Of a stretch of DNA of 34,740 nucleotides, positions 32,323-34,740 are shown one piece after another (positions within the stretch are counted from its first letter, which is position 1; every line of letters begins with the position of its first letter). Position numbers and translations under genes: made by a program. The stretch comes from Asterionella formosa (taxonomy: Eukaryota): the NCBI GenBank assembly GCA_002256025.1, contig NKIB01000168.1, positions 1-34,740 on the forward strand, read 5' to 3'. The notes under the pieces were generated by a model, which was not told the origin of the DNA, ran no database searches, and saw only the letters and a list, made by a program, of their open reading frames with translations.

Positions 32323-32802
32323 CTCCTCGGCTTGCTTGTCGCTCGTTTACAACAACTCACTGTTGCTTGTGATGAGGACAATAATGTGAATCTTGAATGT
32401 TTTTTTACATGTACAAAACAAACCACCGGTATTATTTCATATGATAAACAGCATGCCGGTGCGAATAGTTCCGGGAATCATAAATATCTAAATTTGCTAC
32501 CGGTACTCAATTATAATTATTTGAATGACTGGCGACGAGAGTGTCACCATATTTAGCAACTGCGAGATTCTTGATTCTAAATCGATCAGGATACCGTTCG
32601 TACGACTACCGGTAAGTGCAGTGCAGCACTGGAGCAATTTGCGCTAATTTTGCTGATACTAAAGATTTAGCTTTCTTTATCCCAGATTAAAATGTATTTC
32701 AAGCAAATGGCTGCAACTTGCCCAGGTGGTCTACTGTCCATGGCTCATTGTTTTGTTACTTGTCTTTGTGTCTTGGTATCATCATTCCTCATATCATTAT
32801 GA

Positions 32803-33231
32803 TTGCTGGAATCATGTGGACCACCACCACCACCACCTCCACCACCTCCACCACCTCCACCACCTCCACCGGATGAGCCTAAAGTGCCCTTGGAAGTCTC
32901 CGAACCGTTTGAGGTCTGGTCAAAACGTTTCGTTAACCAAGGACAGCGTGACCTTACGTTCAGAGAACTTCTGTGGAAGGGCGGCAAACTTATCGAATCA
33001 CCTTCTAAGTTGGCAGGCACTTCTCCCGGGTCAACAACGTCGCCAGATTTGAAGCCGCAATTTTCAACGTCGAGTGAAGAAGTCACAGCAAATTCCACAT
33101 CACCGCAGAGCGGAGTATCTGCATCATCAATACAGTGGATTATCATTATTTTGACATCAGTGATGATATCGGGCCTCCTATTGCTACTATTTGTCAAAAA
33201 CCGGAAATCAAAATGTAAAATTCCCGACTAA
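32803..33231 (+). CDS. Probable 5'-truncated ORF: S/T/P linker, C-terminal transmembrane helix and basic tail
   Basis: Ends ...STSPQSGVSASSIQWIIIILTSVMISGLLLLLFVKNRKSK. There is no ATG start, and the frame closes just upstream of the poly-Pro tract. Confidence 0.45.
   Translation: MLESCGPPPPPPPPPPPPPPPPPDEPKVPLEVSEPFEVWSKRFVNQGQRDLTFRELLWKGGKLIESPSKLAGTSPGSTTSPDLKPQFSTSSEEVTANSTSPQSGVSASSIQWIIIILTSVMISGLLLLLFVKNRKSKCKIPD
32821..32870 (+). repeat. (CCA/CCT)n low-complexity tract
   Basis: ccaccaccaccaccacctccaccacctccaccacctccaccacctccacc. Confidence 0.9.
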
Positions 33232-33367
33232 AAAAACGGCTTGTAAAATTTGCACGCATTTGAACCATCTACCAAAGGCGCGGAGGTCGTATCGAGTTAA
33301 AAAATGTTTGAGCCAGTGTCCTGCTGCCATGATAAACTATGCCTCATGGAGACAGGTATATTATTTA

Positions 33368-33477
33368 AACATCGAACATCGAAGTGAAGAGGAATCGTGA
33401 ACAACGAATCTCCGAAACGCGTCTTCAAATTCTCTTCACTTCGATGTTCTACGTTCAATGTTGGACGTTCGATGTTC
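33368..33477. repeat. Inverted repeat made of 7-mer units (AACATCG)n downstream of metX; possible terminator/REP-like hairpin
   Basis: AACATCGAACATCGAAGTGAAGAG (33368-33391) is the reverse complement of 33432-33455 at 22/24 positions. The right arm continues in 7-mers to 33477. Confidence 0.8.
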
Positions 33478-33478
33478 A

Positions 33479-34624
33479 TCATCTTCCGAGCACCCAAGCG
33501 ATGTGCGGGGTGTAAAGGTTCGGCTCAAGGAGGAACGAATCATGGCCCTTGTCGGAGTGAACCGTGATGTGCATGACGTCGACCTTCGCCTTTTCCAAAT
33601 GACTGACGAGTTCGGTTTGCTCTTCGGGGTAGAAGCAGAAGTCGGAGTCGATCGAGAAGACCAGCCACTTCTGGCCGGCGAGGCGTGAGCGTTCGAAAAG
33701 ATCCGCCGCCGTTTCCGCGTCGCCTTCGTTCGCGCCGTCGAAGCGCGACCACAGGTCGATGATCCGCAGGTAGGTGTTCGCGTCGAAGCGCTTCACGAAC
33801 TTTTTCCCCTGATGCAGCATGTAGCTCTGGAACTGGTCGCGGACACGATACCACGACAGCACGTCATCCGGCTGCACCACGTCCTGACGGGCGCGACGCT
33901 CGATGGCATCAAGGTGGACGAAGGTCTTGTGCGAGATCATCCGGGCCAGCGCCAGGCCGTAGAGCGGCGGACCGTTCTCGTAGTAATCGCCGCCGTTGAA
34001 GTTCCGGTCGTTCTCGATCGCGAGGATCTGCTCGAACAACACGAGGCGATTGAGAACGGTCGTCTTGTAGCCGGAGGCGATGGAAATGACGTTCGTCACG
34101 CGCTCGGGAAAGCGGGTCGCGAAGGTCAGGGCCACCAAGCCGCCGACGGAGGGTCCGATCACGGCCTTGAGCGTTTCGATACCGAAGCAATCGAGCAGGC
34201 GCGCCTGAATTTCCACCTGATCCGCCGCCGTGACGTGCGGGAAGGAAGAGCCCCAGGGCTTTCCGGTTTCCGGATGGATCGAACGCGGGCCGGTCGAGCC
34301 GTAGCAGCCACCGAGGTAGTTGGCGCAGATGATGAAGTAACGGTCGGTGTCGATCGCGAGTCCCGGTCCGATCATGTCGCCCCACCAGCCTTCATGAAGC
34401 TCAGGCTGCCAGATCCCATCAATGCCCTCGATCCCGGTGTTCAGTCCGGCGGCGTGATGGGAGCCGGATAGGGCGTGGAAGAGCAGGATCGCGTTCGAAC
34501 GATCCGCATTCAGTTCTCCCCAGGTCTCGTAAGCCACAGTCGCGCCGGGCAGCTCTCCGCCGTCGCGGAGAAGAAACGGCTCGGCCGCGCTTCCGGTGTG
34601 GAAAAACTGGGTGGTCACGGACAT
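33479..34624 (-). CDS. metX: Bacterial homoserine O-acetyltransferase (alpha/beta hydrolase fold)
   Basis: Motifs VAYETWGELN..NAIL.FHALSGSHH, GWW..MIGPG.AIDTDRYF.IC.N.LGGCYGSTGP, nucleophile GPSVGG, RFDANTYL, SIDSD and GHDSFLLE. The gene is GC-rich and intron-free. The likely start is the ATG at 34624, because the longer TTG extension runs through a repeat. Confidence 0.93.
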   Translation of the reverse strand: MSVTTQFFHTGSAAEPFLLRDGGELPGATVAYETWGELNADRSNAILLFHALSGSHHAAGLNTGIEGIDGIWQPELHEGWWGDMIGPGLAIDTDRYFIICANYLGGCYGSTGPRSIHPETGKPWGSSFPHVTAADQVEIQARLLDCFGIETLKAVIGPSVGGLVALTFATRFPERVTNVISIASGYKTTVLNRLVLFEQILAIENDRNFNGGDYYENGPPLYGLALARMISHKTFVHLDAIERRARQDVVQPDDVLSWYRVRDQFQSYMLHQGKKFVKRFDANTYLRIIDLWSRFDGANEGDAETAADLFERSRLAGQKWLVFSIDSDFCFYPEEQTELVSHLEKAKVDVMHITVHSDKGHDSFLLEPNLYTPHIAWVLGR

Positions 34625-34636
34625 GGGGAGAGCTAG

Positions 34637-34704
34637 AAGTTCCAAGTTCCAAGGATCAAGTGCCAAGAAAGAGGAAGTACTAAATTCTAAGCACTAAATC
34701 CGAA
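34637..34704. repeat. Degenerate 7-mer tandem repeats upstream of metX
   Basis: aagttcc-aagttcc-aaggatc-aagtgcc-aag (34637-34667) and taaattc-taagcac-taaatcc-gaa (34681-34704). Confidence 0.7.
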
Positions 34705-34740
34705 ACGGAGAGGAAGACGGGCCTAGGCTCGCCATCCTCG

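Noticed and set aside
33540..34652. Overlapping ORFs 33812-34471 (+), 33909-34385, 33540-33854 and 34419-34652 (-)
   Set aside because: Shadow frames expected in a high-GC gene.
34625..34666. N-terminal extension of MetX in the ORF track
   Set aside because: It starts at a TTG and translates a 7-mer repeat; the ATG at 34624 is more plausible.

Overview
Mostly eukaryotic DNA that looks diatom-like (inferred from a CoDi-type copia remnant, short GT-AG introns, a bipartite plastid-type presequence and an AA15-like LPMO). In order it holds: a decayed Ty1/copia pol (~58-1720), a 3-exon chitin-type LPMO gene, a DUF819 membrane protein, a MORN-repeat protein, a decayed DDE transposase, an EF-hand protein, two tandem coiled-coil paralogues and a secreted/membrane protein. 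Findings not explained by the ORF track are: two TSD-flanked copies of one tRNA-derived SINE family (14392-14770 +, 18473-18835 -) with a structured body and different 3' tails; a probable second SINE family (~8290-8690 -); and recurrent palindromic (GGTACC-W)n arrays between genes. The right end switches to GC-rich, intron-free bacterial DNA with a complete metX flanked by 7-mer repeats. This is either an assembly chimera/contaminant or a very recent transfer, with candidate junctions at ~32820-32870 and ~33367. All calls are from reading the sequence by eye; no searches were run.
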